From NCBI GenBank assembly GCA_051942245.1, contig JAVECL010000015.1:1-64000 (forward strand): 64,000 nt of DNA, written 5' to 3'. The position numbers and the translations under genes are program-made. The notes under the pieces were generated by a model that made no database searches, was not told the origin of the DNA, and saw only the letters and a list, made by a program, of their open reading frames with translations. Within the stretch, counting starts at the first letter, position 1. Each line of letters opens with the position of its first letter. The stretch comes from Trypethelium eluteriae (Eukaryota). This document shows, piece after piece, positions 60,816 through 64,000 of the stretch.

Positions 60816-61844
60816 ATGGCCGCAGCAAACAGTATCCCGTCACCTACCTCTTCTACCAACGGCAACATCCCAGCGCCATCTTCCCCATCCATTTCTTGGC
60901 CTCTAAACCGTCCCACCTCCCCTGGACCATGGAGTCCACGGGTCGAACAAGAGCTTCGAGCCCGAGAAACCTCAAGCTTCACTGTGCATTCCTCCCGAAG
61001 GGATCCAATGTCTTCGCGAGCCCACCTTGACCCTGATCTGCTTCCACACCACCCCAGATCTCTCTCCAGCATCTCCATCCAAGCCTTTTGTCTTGGATTC
61101 GCATTTGCTGCGGGAGTTCTGCTCTCCCTCTATCTCACACTAATACATGACTCTAGCCCACTCTCATGCTTCTGGCGCATTCCGACCTTTCTTTGCATCC
61201 TCTCTACGTTCCACTTCCTCGAGTTCTGGACGACGGCGCATTACAATACCCCGCGTGTCGATGCTTCGTCCTTTCTACTGTTTAACAACGGCACAGCATA
61301 CTTCATGGCGCAGGTTGCAGCCTTCTTCGAGACCTTTTTGACGTCCTTAATTCTTCGTCCCTTCTCCACTATACCTCCCTACTCTTACCTCCACACTGGC
61401 ACCTTCGTGTTGCTGGGCTTCACGCTCGTGCTGTTTGGTCAGGCCGTTCGTAGCATCGCGATGGCACATCTAGGGACGAACTTCCATCATATCGTACAAG
61501 TAAGGCGGAATGAGGGCCATGAATTGGTGACAAATGGCATTTACGCGTTGCTGCGGCATCCATCGTATTTTGGTTTCTTCTGGTGGGCTGTGGGGACTCA
61601 ACTAGTGTTGGGAAATTGCGTATGTCTAGTGCTATATGTCGGAGTGTTGCGACGATTTTTTGGACATCGAATACAAAGTACGTCTTCCAGGATTGCAGAA
61701 GAGATGAAGGGTAGACTTTGTGTCGTGTCGTGGCATGCGCTAATGATTTCCACAGAGGAGGAGAAGGCGCTCTTGGGGTTTTTCGGGGATGCGTATGCAG
61801 AGTATAAAGCGAAGACCAAGGTTGGAATACCGTTGATATCATGA
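60816..61844 (+). CDS. STE14: Protein-S-isoprenylcysteine O-methyltransferase
   Basis: FHFLEFW, GQAVRSIAM..GTNFHH, HELVTNGIY..LRHPSYFGFFWW, EEKALLGFFG..Y..Y and VGIPLI. Intron 61678-61755. Confidence 0.95.
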   Translation: MAAANSIPSPTSSTNGNIPAPSSPSISWPLNRPTSPGPWSPRVEQELRARETSSFTVHSSRRDPMSSRAHLDPDLLPHHPRSLSSISIQAFCLGFAFAAGVLLSLYLTLIHDSSPLSCFWRIPTFLCILSTFHFLEFWTTAHYNTPRVDASSFLLFNNGTAYFMAQVAAFFETFLTSLILRPFSTIPPYSYLHTGTFVLLGFTLVLFGQAVRSIAMAHLGTNFHHIVQVRRNEGHELVTNGIYALLRHPSYFGFFWWAVGTQLVLGNCVCLVLYVGVLRRFFGHRIQSTSSRIAEEMKGRLCVVSWHALMISTEEEKALLGFFGDAYAEYKAKTKVGIPLIS

Positions 61845-62121
61845 CATCGTCATAGCCTTTGAACATTGCGTGTACAGCGTGTACAGACTCTATACTTCAA
61901 CACAAGTGAAACTTAAAAGATATGACCATCGCTCGTCGGAGACGTCCATGTGAAAGAAGCCTTAAGTCATCTGACACTCCAATCTGGTATTCATGAAAGA
62001 GCTCGTATTCGTCAAGCACAAGATCCACGAGACCTCCTTTGCCATCAAAATTACCCAAAGTCCCCTTGCAAACTAACCTTCTTGTACGCATGCCTTTGAT
62101 TTTCCCGTATCTCAGTCGTGT

Positions 62122-62373
62122 CTACATCCCCTCACCCTGAATACTGCCCTCCAAACTCGAACTCCCGGCCCTAGAGCTTTCCGCCTGATTTGCCCCATCC
62201 CGCATGCGGAGCTCTTGCTCATGATTCGGACATGCCCCAACAACGTGCCTCCGAATTGTCTCATAAGCGTCGCAAAAGAGGACTTTGAGCGGATCGAGGG
62301 TGCGGTAGCATTGGTGGGTATGGATGGCCACGCAATCACAGTGGGAAAAGTGGGTGTAGGTGTGAGAACACAT
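62122..62373 (-). CDS. Small Cys/His-rich hypothetical protein (83 aa)
   Basis: MCSHTYTHFSHCDC..C..C..CPNH pattern resembling small fungal 'MC..Y..C' proteins. ATG start, preceded by a C/T-rich 5' leader. Confidence 0.45.
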   Translation of the reverse strand: MCSHTYTHFSHCDCVAIHTHQCYRTLDPLKVLFCDAYETIRRHVVGACPNHEQELRMRDGANQAESSRAGSSSLEGSIQGEGM

Positions 62374-63463
62374 GATTGTGTGGTTGAACCAAGGGTAAGT
62401 GATGAGGTGTTGGGAACAAGACCGAGCGTTTGGATGAAAACGGACGCTTGGAGATACGTTAAGCGCGTTGCAGAGCCGCTAGAATAGTCTCGTCCCTAAT
62501 GAATTGTTCTGTGTCACCGCCGAAAAAAGATAGGATCTGATTCCACTCAGTGATGCTGCTGAAAGCCCTCTCAAGGCGGAATGTTGTGCAATTACTTTCT
62601 CTGGAGTTCGGGAGAGTGGTCCTCTGGCGATATGTGGACGTTGTCAGAATCTAGGCTTGGCAATCCATGCAAGTTCTGACGTGAGGAGATACGTGACCAA
62701 AAGGTTCCGACTGTGAGATCCGGGAAGAAACGATAGGAAGTCTAAAGAAGTGCTAGAGGCGCTCAAGCATTCAAAGGTATCGCCACGAATGTCAATGGGA
62801 ACAAGTATGAAGCGCAGTCTTTGCCCAATGCATTCAATAGACCGCCCAGAACAGTGCCAGTACAAGGTAAAGAATCGAATAGAAAGTTGATTGAAGGCTC
62901 TCTATGTTGAGTGGGGACGAACTGTACGTTCCACCGGTCCCGTCTTATAGGCCCATCAGAGCAATCATAGCCTCGCCTTGATGCTCCTCAAATTTGGCTT
63001 GATGTATTTGTTGTTCATAGTGGATCCAGGAATGCGTGGCGAGACGCTCAAGCTCGAGAACGTGGAAGATTTAGGCATCTAGAGCTACTTGCGGTGCAGG
63101 AGAAAACGACGCTGTTTGTTTGTGCATGATGTGCATCCGTCAACTTGACTTGATACCTCTTCGCAAAGAGAAGTTATTCGCAGACCGAGAAATTCCAAAT
63201 CGCAGAGAAGAGGGGTGCAAACTTTGCCTTGAGCAATCCAAGGAGATAAAAAACTTGACAAGGTTTGGGGCAAACCATCAATGGGTAGCCTGGGCGGCAT
63301 TGGTGAGGCTGCAATCAACGATCCAATGTATGACAAATGAAGTTGTTCATATCGAGTTTTCCACAATCTCCATGTGTCAGTGTAAGAGAACCTAAGAACC
63401 CGACTGTCTAACCTGTCCTGTTGTCGTATCGGAAGCTATACCGTGTGCCGGCGGGTGAAGAAG

Positions 63464-64000
63464 TTACCGTTGTGGAACATTGGCACGTGGTTCTACTAGG
63501 ATACGGCATCCACAAAAACGCCACTCTGCATGTCGATAAATTTCCAGCCGATCGGGCAGCTGGGAGTAGGGATCGGATACGGTATGATGCTTTCCATGGT
63601 TGACGGGTTCGTTCCTTGCAGCCCAACCGTTATGTCTCGCAATAGCGAGCCAGAGAGCATCAGGATTGCGTCGCTCTAACACCTGTCGAATGTCTTCCCG
63701 TCTTTCCAGTAGCGGCCCCAAGATATGTAGGATATCGTCAAAAATTTCTTCGTTGACTGGGACGTACTCCAGGATTAGCACTAAAACATTGATCAAGCCC
63801 TTCCATATTCTTCGTGCTGGGGCATCAATATATGCGACCGTAGAGGTTCTTTCAAGACTAAGGTCGCGCATGACTAGGTCTTTTGGGTGATCGGTCCCTT
63901 GCGTCGCTTTATAATGTTCCCCTATAGCAGCTTCGCCTACCTCGCGAAGGAATTTCTCGACATACAAGTCCACCACCGATGGCCAGAGATCTTCGATCCT
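63464..64000 (-). CDS. TTI1: C-terminal part of a Tel2-interacting protein 1 (Tti1)-like HEAT protein, cut by window edge
   Basis: Helical ORF with YIDAPARRIWKGL and LERRNPDALWL, recognised from memory as the end of fungal Tti1. Confidence 0.55.
   Translation of the reverse strand, partial: RIEDLWPSVVDLYVEKFLREVGEAAIGEHYKATQGTDHPKDLVMRDLSLERTSTVAYIDAPARRIWKGLINVLVLILEYVPVNEEIFDDILHILGPLLERREDIRQVLERRNPDALWLAIARHNGWAARNEPVNHGKHHTVSDPYSQLPDRLEIYRHAEWRFCGCRILVEPRANVPQR

Noticed and set aside
1..64000. tRNA, rRNA, CRISPR arrays, intact transposons
   Set aside because: None recognised by eye; a tRNAscan-SE/Infernal/RepeatMasker run would be needed to exclude small RNAs or short elements.

Overview
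Gene-dense, intron-containing DNA from a filamentous ascomycete (Pezizomycotina; a Dothideomycete-like lineage is my inference from gene style). Positions 1-9.6 kb are the right-hand part of a secondary-metabolite cluster: CipB/AzaJ-like zinc-binding oxidoreductase, DHA2 MFS efflux pump, TRI101/AzaD-type acyltransferase, secreted LIP-family lipase/esterase and TropB/AzaH-type FAD monooxygenase. Its core synthase is not in the window. The rest is mostly conserved housekeeping genes: PDS5, GCS1 ArfGAP, ETF-beta, a TMEM184/OSTalpha protein, SPS19, ATG33-like, NSE4, VPS34, an M50B peptidase, CBP3, CEG1, a maltose O-acetyltransferase, STE14 and a partial TTI1. Mixed among them are secreted or cell-surface proteins, a SAM methyltransferase, a DAL5-type permease, an unusual transcription factor with two Zn2Cys6 clusters, and several apparently decayed gene relics. 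All calls come from motif recognition and manual splicing; no database searches were run.
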